64,000 nt of DNA from the human T2T-CHM13v2.0 reference genome, Homo sapiens, in NCBI RefSeq assembly GCF_009914755.1, contig NC_060930.1. One strand, 5' to 3'. Below, piece after piece: positions 29,149 to 43,100 of the stretch. The notes below the pieces were generated by a model that was not told the origin of the DNA, made no database searches, and saw only the letters and a list, made by a program, of their open reading frames with translations. The stretch's first letter is position 1. Each line of letters starts with the position of its first letter. The translations under genes and the position numbers were made by a program.

Positions 29149-31804
29149 TTACTCAGAGGAAGGGGCAAGATTAGTCAATGAGTCAGTCAATTAATTGCTT
29201 TATCTGCCTGTCTATCTATTTAATCTTTATCTCTTACCACTGAAAATTTGCGGTAGCCCTCCAGTTGAACTTAAAAAAATATTTCTAGCAAATTTTCTGA
29301 TCTGTCTGAATTCAGGATATTTTAGCAAACCTAATCTGCAGAGAAACACCGTGATTTTCTGTGCAAGGACAAGGGAATTATAAGAGATTATGTTCGAGTA
29401 GGATGGTAATAGTGGGTCAGCTAAGCCTTTCTCCCTAGAAACTTGAGGATTGGAGTGTACTTATGACTCAGGGACACACACTAATGATTCTGGAATTAGT
29501 TGCAGTTCTTCAAGGTACTAGCCCAGCAGATGGAAAGAATGTTTATCAGAAAATCATGGATATATATTCAGTTATTATATTTTAGATGTTTGGAATATGT
29601 GCTGTCAACTGCTTAAGTTTCATTTCCGGAGTCAAAGACTTCAGCAACTTCCTTTACTTTAATGGACAGACAACTCCACTGCAAAGTTTGAAGCATGAGA
29701 AGCTCTGTGAACACTCTTTTGCATTGTAGTAAGTTTTTTTATTGTTTTGTAGACTACTGTTCATAAAGTTTTATTATATTTCATTGCTTAGAGTTTTTTT
29801 CTACATCATCCTGTCTGTTCACTCTCCCCAATAATTAGGAAGGAGAAATGCCTGTTCATAAATATCTATTGACTTAGCCTAGCTACTAAGGTACAACCCC
29901 TTTAACCTTCACCAAAGTGACACCTTAGAAGTAATGATACATGAAACTTCACTCACATATACAAGATACCCACTTCTTTCATGCCATTGAGAAATATTTA
30001 TTTCATGATTAAAAGCAGTGACTCAAAAATGAACTGGATTTCCCTTTATTTTCTACATTCTAAGATGCCTGATGGTCTCACTGCTGAGTTGTAACAGCTC
30101 TATTAGTCCCTTTCTCTGGGGTTCTGAGTGTGAGTGTGCTTCCCCTCACTTTAAACCCTGTAGGAAAAGGGGGCCAAAAGATGTGGAGATAGAAGATATG
30201 GAGGAATAAACAGAAATGCACTGACTGAGAAACAGCTGACTTGCAGGAGAGAAACTGGGGACAGATGAGATTGGGAAAGGAAGACACTTTCCATCAGAGA
30301 ATATTGAAATGGTAAAGGCTTTTCCCTCTGTTTTAGAATGAGCGCAACCTTTTGAAGAAATGGATGGGTGGAGAGAGGGAAGAATTCTGATTTTGAAACA
30401 GCTTCAACAGCAAAATATAACATTGAAAAGTTTATAAATCAGGTTGAACCCAATCTCATCAATGTTAAATGAATGTGTTTTCTTAGGGAGTTGCCTAGAA
30501 GCATGGGGACTTTGAGTGGAAGTTAATGTAAGCTTGGTCATATGTTTTCATGTCTATTGATGTTAATATTGTCCCTCTTAATGCAGAGAATGTCAGAGAC
30601 CTCAGACAAGTATTATTTGATTACACTCTTATCCTGGTGCTTTGTCACCAGTGAGTGTTCAGTAAACACTCCTGGTTGGTATTTTCATCAAAAGTGGTTA
30701 TTTCAAAGAGATGTATAATAGAAATGGTCATTGGTTTCAAACAGAGAACCATTTTGCAGTAATTATATCTTCATATTAAATATGTGATAGACATCAGAGA
30801 TACAAATTTCCTGTGCTTATTAACTACAAAGGATCTTTGAGAATAAGCCCCAGTCTTCAATTTCTAAAGTTTCTTTTTTAGTGGGAAAAAGAGAACATAG
30901 GCAAATCACTATCCTGAGAGACTGAAAAAATGGCTAACATGACTCATTGTTTAAATGCGACAGGATCTTAGATCTCTTATCTTTTGGTGGCAGACAAGGG
31001 ATAGAGGATTGAAGAAAAGCATGGAAAATGAACCCTTAATTTTCTTGATGAGGTTATACCAATAACAACAGTAGACTTTATAATAGAAGTCAGAAATGTT
31101 GACCTAAGTGGACACAAGGAAGGCCAGTGTTTTTTTCGTAGTCCCCTTGGGTTCCCCAGCATTATTTCTTCCACACTGTGGCATATATTTCCTGTTCAGA
31201 CAGCTCCCTTTGGAGTTAATGAAACCTCATTTAACTGTACCATAAGTCATATATGTTTCCCAAACATGAGAAGGCATGACTGAACGGATAGCTAAATAGC
31301 TAAGCAGAGTAACAGGATATCTTGAAATTGAATTACAATTGTAAATATTGTTTGGTTTGATCAAAACTCCCATAAAACAGCAATTAATTTGAGATAATTA
31401 CTACTTAGAAACTACATAATTGCATGTTTCCTTCTAGAGTCACCTTGCCTTTGTGCAGAGCATTTAATCGGTCATGCAGTTAACCTGAAAGGGAAGGGCA
31501 CTTATGGTAGAATTAAGAACGGTAGCAGTATGACATTCTAAATGGTAATATGTGAGGCCACTGAGCTGTTTAATCAAGTTAGTTATATCCTTCGAATTAA
31601 ATCCAGTAGAGAGAAAAAAGTTTTAGTTTTGGAATTAGTTATATGTGAGCCTCTCTTCTCAGAATATAGAAGTGCTGTATGTGTGCAGATCTGAGGATCA
31701 TTATTGGAGGTAAAATAGTTTTCCATTCACCTTGGAATTGCAGAGAAACCAAACTGAGGGTTTACATACAAAGCTTGCCCAACAGGAATGTCCATGGTCC
31801 TTGA

Positions 31805-32045
31805 TAGCATAGTGGTCAAGATAGGGGCTTTCGCACCAAATCCTTTGGGTTTGACAGTTTATTCTGCCACTTATTTGCAGAACAAACTACATCTTTTTTG
31901 ACTTTCATTTCATTACCTGTAAAATGAGAATAATAAAGTGCCTACTTGGAAAGGATATGTTGACTTTTATAAGCTAATATATGTAAAATGATTAGCATGG
32001 CACCTAATATTTGGTGAATGTTTAATAAATGTTTATTTTTATTAT
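31805..32045 (+). mobile_element. MIR
   Basis: AGCATAGTGGTCAAG..TCTGCCACTT..ACCTGTAAAATGAGAATAATAA..TTAGCATGGCACCT. Confidence 0.75.
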
Positions 32046-33280
32046 ATCTAGTTTGTAATGGCAATTTCTTCTCCAAGACATATGCTGTAAGATATAAAAG
32101 GACTCCCAAATTTTGCAATTGTGTTGTCTCATTCTCCACTCAGAAAGATTTAGTCTAAGTTAGGCAAATACACATTATTATGACCCGTAACTAGAATGAC
32201 ATACATTTTCAAGGCAATTCTATCTTTTTAATTTTTGGTAATTTAAAAATATAACCAGTGTACCTATTAAGTCCACCCTAAAAATATGCATCAAAAGACT
32301 CTATTTAAAAAGTCCTGGGTGAACTTTTTTCTTTTTTCATCAGAATTGTTCAAAGTCTTTTCAAGGACTCCTTCTTCATCAAATTCTATGTGTTAAGTTC
32401 CCATCTGTGTGGTTCAGATTTAAATTTCTCTCCTTTTATAAAAGGCAACATGCTGTACCCCTTAAACTACATATTTTATTGGACATTCCATCCACACTTA
32501 ATGATAGTTTCTTCTTTAAATAATTTTTGGGTTTCTCATGTCTGTATTTTATTTGTGGAACCAACAGGTTTTAGGATACCTCCTGACTGGCCAATGTTAT
32601 AGTCTTTATTGCCTTATGATAAAGTTCTTAGTAATCACAGGACTGTGAACATGTCCTTGAATAGCTAGTCTGAACAAAGTTAAATGCCATGAATTTGATA
32701 CAGTTACTGATGTCTACACAAATTCTGTGTCTTAACATTGCACCAAGAATCTAAAGCACACCTTAAATTTATACAATTTTATTTGTCAATTGTACCTCAA
32801 TAAACGTGTTTTTAAAAAAGCATCTAGGTAGGTATGTATGGTCTTCTGTAGATTAAAGAAAAATTCATGAGGGCATAAAGAAGGCTGTATTCTGTCCCTG
32901 CCTTTATTATTTGTTTACAGGTTATTTACAAACTATTAGAATTTTGAATGATACAGAAACATAGTCTTCAATCATAAAGAAGTTTCTTTTTTATTACATG
33001 GTATGGTTTATCTGTCACGCAACAAGAGAGGCCTGAATATGTGACTGGTCCTATTAACTCAGTGTTTCTAAAGTAATAACATCAGTTCCACTATCATGTT
33101 TCCTAGAATCTAAGAGGCCATTAATTGTAAATTTCACCAATGATTTAAAATAAAGGTTTGAAAAATAATGATTGTATTCTATGTTCCCAACCAACAAAAT
33201 ATCTCATTTCAGAAATGTCAACATGTGAGAAATAGTACAAGTGTATTTTACAATGACAATGAACAGAAGGGGAATAAGGA

Positions 33281-33284
<4 letters not shown>

Positions 33285-33320
<36 letters not shown>

Positions 33321-33601
33321 AGATAGAGTCTTGCTCTGTTGCCCAGGCTGGAATGCAGTGGTGCGATCTAGGCTTACTGCAACCTCTGCCTCCCAGGTTC
33401 GAGCAACTCTCATGCCTCAGCTTCCTAAGTAGCTGGGATTACAGGACTGTGCGACCATGCCTGGCTAATTTTTCTATTTTTAGTAGACATAGGGTTTCAC
33501 CATGTTGGCCAGGCTGGTCTTGAACTCCTGGCCTCAAGTGATCCACTCACCTCGGCCTCCCAAAGTGCTGGGATTACAGGTGTGAGCCATTGTGCCCGGT
33601 C
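33285..33601 (-). mobile_element. AluS
   Basis: Long polyT followed by an antisense Alu dimer. Confidence 0.94.
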
Positions 33602-34940
33602 AGGAAATGAGGAGTTCTTAAAGGACCCTGGGAATGTTGCTAGTGGGCCCATGTCCAGATATCTTCTCGGCACTGGCAAGAACAGTGCCTGAGTGGGTCC
33701 TTGTCTACAGAAATCATCACTAAGGATGAAATCTCTTAAAAGGGTGATCCAGATACAAACATTATATTAAATATTTAATTTCTATATAGAGTTGGAGGAC
33801 ATAGACTGTTTCCTAGGGAAACTGAAGGGAGGTATACCAATGTTGTATATTAATCTAGATCACAAACATCTTACACTCAAGTTTAAGTAAAAATCCAAAT
33901 TAACAGCCACAAACAGTGGACCAAAATAGAGTAAACTCTGAAAAAACATTATTTGTTATTATTTTTGAGTCTTAAGCGGGAAATATCAGAGAAGAAAGTT
34001 ATGAAAATATGTAAGTGGACTTTATTTTGTAGGAAGATAAAATATTTAGAAAGACATGTAAAAGGTTGGAAAATGTTGGGTAAATTTATAAGAAAGAAAA
34101 TCTACCATACTGGAGAAGAGACATAGATAAGGTTTAGTACATGAAAATTAAACATAAGACAATGATTTTAGAAGAGCACCAACCATTCAGTAAGACAAGA
34201 TTTCAAAGAGAAACATTCATATTCTGGGGATCACAAGAATAAGACAACTTGGAATCAGCCAAATAAATCAAAATCCACCGGAGACTGTTCTGTATAGCCA
34301 TGAACACCCTTTTCCCATCAGTGAACATCATAACGAGAGAAACAATGTGGAAAGGAAGTAAATGGTCATCCTGGGTGAAATTACATATGACCAAGTTAGC
34401 TCTACCTTCACGGAAGGTTTGACAGTTGTTCTGGGAAAAAGGATGGGATCCCACATCATCACATTTTGGAGACCTTAGAGCTTATTCTCCCAAAGACTTC
34501 TGTGCATTTCTTGGTTTATAAGGATTTGTGTCAGGTTATTGCCTCAGTGGATTTTCTTGCTGTGAGTAGCCATACAGGGCTTGCTGAGTGGGGAGATGTT
34601 GGTCAAAGGGTGCAAACTGTCAGTTATAGGATGAATAAGTTCTGTAGATCTGTTATACAGCATGGTGACTGCAGTTAAAAAGGCTTTTTGAATCCACTAA
34701 AATAACTAGCATAGGTGTAAGACGGGGGAGACAATTTCAATCTTTTGCTCCCTTCTCTACCCTCATGCTCTGCAAAATTATTTTCACCAAGTTACGGTTT
34801 GGCATTCTTCCCTCGGGTTACTATGCAAAGGGAAAAAAATCTTGTAACACTCATTAATGCATATATGATAGGGATACAAACAAAAACATTGTCCTCTATA
34901 TTCCTTATTGAATTAAGGCCTGCAAAAAACTTCTCTGTGA

Positions 34941-35338
<398 letters not shown>

Positions 35339-35622
35339 TAGCTCAATTTTAGTAATAGCATACAACATACATGCAAATCTGACTTTTCTTTCGGTCTTGA
35401 TGTTCTATCCTAATTTATATGTTTCCAGGTCTTGATATGATTTCCTTTATTTACATTTTAGTATAAGTAATCTTGTGAGCTGTTTCAAAGAATTTGTGTA
35501 AAAACTTGTTATAAAACATTTATAAGAAATGTTAATACATTTTGCTTTTGCCTTTTTTTTTTTTTTTTGGTTGGGGGTGGTTAGTGTGGTCTGATTTGGT
35601 GAATTGTCAGTGTGTCAGTTAT

Positions 35623-36478
35623 TGGGTTGAAAAATCCCAAACTGTCTGTTTCTCCTACTATACTCTCATAACAAGAAGGCTTCTGTGCCCAGATGTGGGG
35701 GGGTGGATCCATACACCAAACAGGTGATCAGTCCCACAGTGGACATCAGCTGAGTGTCCTCTAATTCAGTTCTGACACTATCTACCTCATGGTAGCGTCA
35801 GTTTCCACAGGTTGAAAGCTCAGTCCCACAAGGCTGCTCTTTACTTTAGACACCAGTCACAAGTCCAGGCTTCTAGAACTTCTAACTGACTTGCTATAAA
35901 TTGGGGTTTCCATGACCGTCTCCTTGGGTTCGCTTAATTTGCTAGAGCAGCTCACACAGCTCAGGGAAACGCTTGTATTGACTGGTTTATTGTAAAGGAT
36001 ATTTAAAAGAATACAAATGAACAGCCAGATGAAAAGATACATAGGGCGGAGTATGGAAGAGTCCTGAGTGCAGGAGCTTCTGGCCATGTGGAGTGGGGTG
36101 CACTACCCTTCCAGCACATGGATGTGTTCTTATTCACCTTTATGGAAGCCCTCTGAACCTAGTCCTTTTTTGGAGGGGTTTTTATGGAAGTTTCTTATGT
36201 GGATGAGATTGATTAAATCATTGGACAGTGATGATCAATTTAACATGCAGCCCCTCTCCTTTCCCTGGAGGTTAGGGAATGAGGCTGAAATTCCCAAACC
36301 CCATAATCCTGGTCTTTCAGGCGACCAGTTCCCCTGAAGCTACAGAGGGGCTGTCAGTCACCAGCCATCTCATTAGCATACAAAAGACCCTCTTATCACT
36401 CCAGAGATTCCAAGTATTTTGGGGACTGTGTGTCAGGAAATGAGGATGAGGACCAGATATATATTTTACAGTATCACG
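35623..36478 (-). mobile_element. MER21-family solo LTR
   Basis: TTCTGACACTATCTACC..CAGTCCCACAAG..TAATTTGCTAGAGCAGCTCACA..CATCTCATTAGCATACAAAAGAC; 5-bp TSD GTTAT (35618-35622 / 36479-36483). Confidence 0.85.
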
Positions 36479-36973
36479 GTTATAAAAAATGCTCGTGTGT
36501 CAAAAAAAATAGGAAATGGGATTTGTTTGAAAGACAAAAACACTTGTGAGAAATAATGTCTGTTTGATGGGCTGAGTAAAATTTTGGCAATGTAGGGTAT
36601 TTTATATGTATTTATGAGATTATGTAGTCAATTACTTTAGTTACTTCTTCCTTTTAACTTTAAGTGTTTTCACTGGCTATGCAGCATGTTATTCCTTGTT
36701 AATATAACCACCTCTGTGAATTAATCTCTCTTCTTATAGGATAGACATTTTCTAGCTAAGATCTCCAGGGAAAAGTTTGAGGGATCACGAGAGATGGATG
36801 AATCATGAGGAAGGGGATCTACATATTTCTGACCAGCTCAGAGTAAGGTAATACTGCATTGCAATAAATATGAAGGTCCTGTGTAAGAAAAACAAAAGCC
36901 ATAAATACATATTACACAATTCTCAGTTAAATGTTTTATGGGATCTTTTGGGATTAAATAGAACTCCTGGAGC

Positions 36974-37459
36974 TGACAAAGATTCCTTGGTTGGTTTAAT
37001 TTTAGTCAAGCTTCCACATCTTCTTCTATGCCCATTTGTGCAATTCTTTGTAAAATCCAGTTTTAGCAAAGAATCCTGCTAACTCAGTGTAACAAGATCT
37101 CTCATCCTTGATATCTGATCATCCTTGACATCTGACCAGGTTCCTCATCCTCCACCATTCCCCAGGTGATGTCTGATCACCTTGACCTGTCTTTAGCAAG
37201 AGTCCTGTGAGGTTGGTTTTTACCAGATTCCCCCTTACCCAGGAGGTTTCCACTTGGTAATTTTCCATCCAGTGATCCACACACTGCTTCTTGCCTATAA
37301 ATTCCCACTTGTCAATGCTGTAATCTGAGTTGAGCTCAGTCTCCCTCCCCAACTGCAAGACCCTGTTGCAGTGGTCTCTATGCCTATTGTGATGGTCCTG
37401 AATAAAGTTTTCCTTACTGAGCTTTACCAAGTATGATTGAATGATTTTTTTCTTTAACA
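36974..37459 (+). mobile_element. MER31A-like ERV1 solo LTR
   Basis: TGACAAAGATT..CTTTGTAAAATCCAGTTTTAGCAAAGAA..CTATAAA..AATAAA..TTTAACA; perfect 4-bp TSD GAGC (36970-36973 / 37460-37463). Confidence 0.88.
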
Positions 37460-37844
37460 GAGCCCTATGGTTTTATTTAAAGAGTAGCCAAGTGGCTCAC
37501 CCAACATCTCAGAGTGTGCTGGTGGCAGGACTGAGACCACAATCAGACCTCCTGCAGCTCAGTACCATGCCCTTGCCCTTTTCACCTTCAAACCAAACAT
37601 GGCAGAGACTGCACTTCTAAGCTCGAGAGTGAAAATTGTTCTATTTATGTAGGGCTGTGCAAATGTTCTTAGAAATTTGGAAAATAAGATTGAATTTGAA
37701 TTCTGTGTCTATGTGGATAATTTTAAGTTTCATATGATTCATCCTTATGATGCACTTTTTAAAGGGATATGTATTCTATGTAGACCTCTGACTGGTGAAA
37801 TATTCCATTGTTTTAAGTTAGAAAATACCATTCCTAGTCATCAA

Positions 37845-38115
37845 CATAGAGTTGAGAATATAGGCTTTTTTCTTTAACAGAGCCTTATGCTTTTGTTTAG
37901 TGCCCTGACAGACTAAAGCTGAATCCTGATTTCTCCACTTAGTAGTTATGTTACCTTGGCCAAGTTCCTTAACCTCTTTTTATGTCAGTTCCCTCATGTG
38001 TATAATGGAGATCGTATTAGAAACTGATTCCTTTTTCATGTGGTTAAGTGAGTTAATGCATAAGCACTCTGAATAGTGCCTGGCATGAAATAAGTAGTCA
38101 GTAAATGTCAACTTT
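37845..38115 (+). mobile_element. MIR (interrupted by a 34-bp insert)
   Basis: GAATCCTG..CCACTTAGTAGTTATGTTACCTTGGCCAAGTTCCTTAACCTC..TAGTGCCTGGCATG. Confidence 0.85.
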
Positions 38116-39760
38116 TATTTCTCTATTTTTAATGTTTAGATAACTATATGCACAGATTCACCCATGCTTTGCTATGTTTGAATAACAAAACAAGATATAG
38201 AAGAGAATAGAAGTTGAGCTAAAATATGTGCAAGAACATACAAAGGACATCAAATTTGAGGAACTGTTCAATTCATAAAAGTCTATTGTAGCATTCTACC
38301 AACTGGTCATCCTGACTGTGTTTAAATTTTAAAAGATGAGGAATTCACTTTTTCTTGAAATAGTCCATTCCATTTGGACAATTTTATTAAGAAGTTATTC
38401 ATATATTGAACTGAAATCTTTATCTGGTTTCTATTGGATGTAGTTCTTTTTTTAAAAATTTTTTTTGGAATGGAAGAAAGCAAATTTAACTCTCCTTCAA
38501 TTGACATCCTCTAAATATTGAAGAGTGCTTTCACATGGCGATCTATCCCTTCCATTTTTCAAAAAGACACATGAATAGATGAGACACATGATTTCAAGCA
38601 TTCTCCCACATCTCCACTCTCTCTCCTGGTGCTTTTTTCAAAGTGATCTCATTGCCTATAATAGGTTTAATCAATCATTCAATTGATATATATAATTTTT
38701 GCCCTGACTGCATTTCAGAATCTAAAGTCTCCTGAATATTTTCTAGATGACGGTTGATGGAAAGAGAAATTAATCCTGTAGGAAACTTTTATTTTCAGAG
38801 AAAACCTCTTCAGGATGCCCAGGACCTTTTAAGAATGGTGAACCATAACCTAAAATATACGACACTTCCTAGACATTAGAAATATAGTCAATTTTTGGCT
38901 TCAATGGCAAAGATGAAATAATTTTAATACCCTGCTCTCCTATTCCATTGGTTGTGAGCTTGAAAACTTCATGCCTCTTGGAGTCCTCTAAAATTGGAAT
39001 TGTTGTTATTTTGATTTCTCTTACCATCAGGTGGCTAAACATGTGCATCCCTTATAGCCTGGTGGAGGCAATGGACCATAACATTGGCAGGTTTGGGTCA
39101 TACTTTCAGTGTAAGGATGGATATTAACACTTAACTCACATGTGTTTTAATGTATGGATTATTCAAAGTAAAGTGTATGAACTGCTTAGTGTAATGCCTG
39201 ATGCAAAGTAATTGCTTAGTAAATAAAAAGTAATAGAGCTGATGGACTTCTGTTTTAAAAGGAAACTATTGTATACCACTTTTTGTAATGTTCTAGACAT
39301 TACATTATGTATTGTGTTCTTCTGGATGTTTTGTTTTCATAAATGTATGTGTGTGTATATATGTATATAATTGATATAGTATGAATAGATATACATAATG
39401 ACCTCATATATGTGTATTCTTTCACATGTGAAATTGTATTATATTCTGTTCTGCAATTTGCTTTATTCACTTCATATTACATGGACCTATTTCTGTAGAC
39501 TAAAAATGGACATTCTTCATCTTTTTAGTAATGGCACAGTGCTCCATTGTGTGGATGTACTGTGTTTTATTTAATAATCTTTTAATGACAGACATGTAGA
39601 ATGTATCCATTTACTGGGTAATGTAAGCAATGCAACAATAAACATCCTTGGACAGATATTTTTGCACACTTATATACCTTAGGGACACATTTTAAGAGTG
39701 GAATTGCTGTGCCAAAGGATAAACATATTCAAATTTAAATAGGTACTGACAAATTTCCAC

Positions 39761-40129
39761 TCTCCTAGTTTGTTTTCTCCTGCTATAACAGAATACTACA
39801 GGCTGAGTAATTTATAAAGAATAGAAAATTAATTGGCTCATGGTTTTGGAGACTGAGAAGTCCAAGAGCATCTGTTGAAGATCTCATGGTGGAAGGTGGA
39901 AGGCAGAAGTGAGTATGGGAGACAGAGAGACTGCAAGAGTGAACAGAGCTCCCTTTTATGACAATTGCTCTTATGAGAACTCACTCCCTGTGATAAGGCC
40001 TTCAATCCATTTAAGAGGGCTCTGCCCTCAGAACCTAATTACTTCTTAAAGGCCCCACGTCTTAACTGTTACATTGGCAATTAAGTTTCCAAAATGTGAG
40101 CTTTTGGGGGACACATTCAAGCCATAGCA
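39761..40129 (-). mobile_element. MaLR solo LTR (MSTC/MLT1A-like)
   Basis: GCTATAACAGAATACTACAGGCTGAGTAATTTATAAAG...GGGGACACATTCAAGCCATAGCA; TSD TCCAC/GCCAC. Confidence 0.85.
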
Positions 40130-40174
40130 GCCACTCAAAAATTTGTAGTAGAGTTCACTTTCACTTTCTGTGAA

Positions 40175-40248
40175 TTAATAAATTCTGTTTCACAGAATAT
40201 TAATTCTTAATAAATTCTGTTTCACAGAATATTAATTCCTAATAAATT
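40175..40248 (+). repeat. 32-bp tandem repeat, ~2.3 copies
   Basis: TTAATAAATTCTGTTTCACAGAATATTAATTC at 40175-40206 and 40207-40238. Confidence 0.95.
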
Positions 40249-40979
40249 AAGAATCAATTTATTCTTTCATTCAGTAAGTTTCTGTTATTCCTACTCTCAC
40301 TAGCACTGTGTATTATAATTATTTTTCTTAAATTTGTCAATTTGGTTAGTGAAAAATAATAGCCTCCTGTTGTTTTAATTTGCATTCTAAAACTATGAAT
40401 CAAATGGAGCATCTTAAAACATGTTTATTGGCTACTGGTGTTTCTTTTTCTGTGAATCTGGCAGTTGAATTCATTGTCCATTGTTCTATTGGATTGCCTG
40501 TCTTTTTCTTATTGATTTTAAAGTCAATAACGTATTTAGGTCTCTGTTGCAAAATTTGTTTCCTCGTTTGTTGTTTAGAGGGAGCCCAGGCATTTAACGA
40601 TGATTTGATTATTTGAGGCAGCTTTCTTCTGTGGAAAGAGTGCTAGACTATCGGGTGAGAATACTTGAGTCCTAGCTCTGGCTCCCTCTCTTGCTTGTTC
40701 CATGATTTTGGTTTTCCCAACTGGAAAATGGGGGTACTAACACCTGACCGTGAAAGTGCTGCAAACACTAGATGTGATAATGTCCATGAAAGCATTTGAT
40801 AGACTCTAAACAGTTTTGCAGATCACATATTGTTATTTTTATGATATCCATGAAATAATCCATCTGAGAAAAGGAAAATTTGCTTGTGTTTAAGCCTTCA
40901 ACTCCAGTTCTTTGCCTCTTAGATTTAAAGCCAACCTCTTTCCACACAGCAAATTTAAAAGCATCGGCTTCAGATTAAA

Positions 40980-41450
40980 AAAAAGTTGTGTTAAGTCCTC
41001 TTTACTCTGTACTGGTCAGGTCTCATCTGGAAAAACTGAGCTCATTTCTGGGGACTGTGGAGACTGTGCTTTAATTTGATTGTTCTGGAGAGCACTGGGA
41101 GAGAAGGTGCCAAAAAGGATAGGGCCTGGAAATCATGTTATAAAGATTAGGAAGGCTTATCTCGGGAAAAAAAAGTCAAATTACAAAGATTTACTATATT
41201 TCTTCAATATTTGAAAGGTGGTTTCCTGGGAAAGAGAATAGACTGATTTTCATTGTCTTACGGAGAAGAACTACTTATTATCATCAATTTGGGATTCACA
41301 TAAAGAAGACATTTCTAGCCATTCTGTTTGACAATGGGACAAGGTATTTCAAAACAGTGATTTACTCATTACTAGATGTGTTCTAGCAGAAGGAGAAAGC
41401 CAGGGACGTTGCCAAAGAGACTTCTGTGTCAGGAGACAGTGATTTCTGAG
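40980..41450 (+). mobile_element. L3/CR1 LINE fragment
   Basis: CTTTACTCTGTACTGGTCAGGTCTCATCTGGA..CTGGAGAG..TTCAATATTTGAAAGG resembles the CR1 RT 3' region. Confidence 0.6.
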
Positions 41451-41779
41451 GCCCATCTGCGTGGTTTGGCCATGTAGGTGTCTTTTTCTCTCACTTGTAT
41501 TCATTCTCCTTACAATTTTTGAGGACATAAAAATTCCAAGTTAGATGTTTGAACAGTATAAAAATGAGTAAGATTTGATCACAGAACTTAGATTATTAGA
41601 GAAGACCAATTTTGAAGCGTAGACAGACAACTGACCTTGGAACCAGAAGATTCCAGAAGCTGAAGAGATATTTCCAGGTCATCCTTTTCCATAGTCACCA
41701 TTACACTGAAGACACCTTTGCTGGTTTTCTTTCCTTCCCTCTTTTCTTCTGTCTTACTCTCATTTCTTTTCCTTTTTAT

Positions 41780-42560
<781 letters not shown>

Positions 42561-42864
42561 TTGATTATATTCAAAGTAGCTTCTCCCTATGAGAACTTGT
42601 CTTGCTAGAATATATTTTCTTAAATTACTTTATTTAAATGCCCGAAATCCATAATGACATTCTGATCAAAAGACTCTCCACAGGGCATTCAGAACCCTCC
42701 AATGACTGGTAGCCCTATACCCATTCAAAGTGATCTCTTATTGTTCCCCTTTAGGATCACTTCACTCCAACCAGGCTTGTGACCTCACAGTCTCACCCTC
42801 TTTCCCTGCTTTCCTGTCTCATCTTACCTTCTACCTCTTCCTTATCAATTTCAATCTACTTAGA

Positions 42865-43100
42865 GCAGAGAGTTTGAGAACACAGACTCTGGGGATGGAC
42901 TGCTGGAGTTTGAATCTCATTTACTACCACTAACTGAGAGAACTCATTCATTTCTGGGTCTCAGTTTCTCCACGTGGGAAATGCAAATAATGACAGAACT
43001 TACCCTAGAGGTTTGTTGTGAGGATTAAATGAATTAATATACATAAAATTCTTAGAACCATAAACATTATATAAGTATGTGATGTGATATGTTATTATTA
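42865..43100 (+). mobile_element. MIR
   Basis: GAGAACACAGACTCTGG..GGGTCTCAGTTTCTCCAC..GTTGTGAGGATTAAATGAATTAAT. Confidence 0.8.

Larger units (their letters stand above)
39250..40570 (-). mobile_element. L1ME-type fragment (host of the MST LTR)
   Basis: CCATTGTGTGGATGTAC..AAGAGTGGAATTGCTG..TTTAATTTGCATT. Confidence 0.65.

Noticed and set aside
37104-37137. CATCCTTGAYATCTGA direct repeat; also AGTCTGAAGGCCTGAGAACC x2 at ~54386/54462
   Set aside because: As I recall, these are internal features of the MER31A and MLT2B consensus sequences, not new events.
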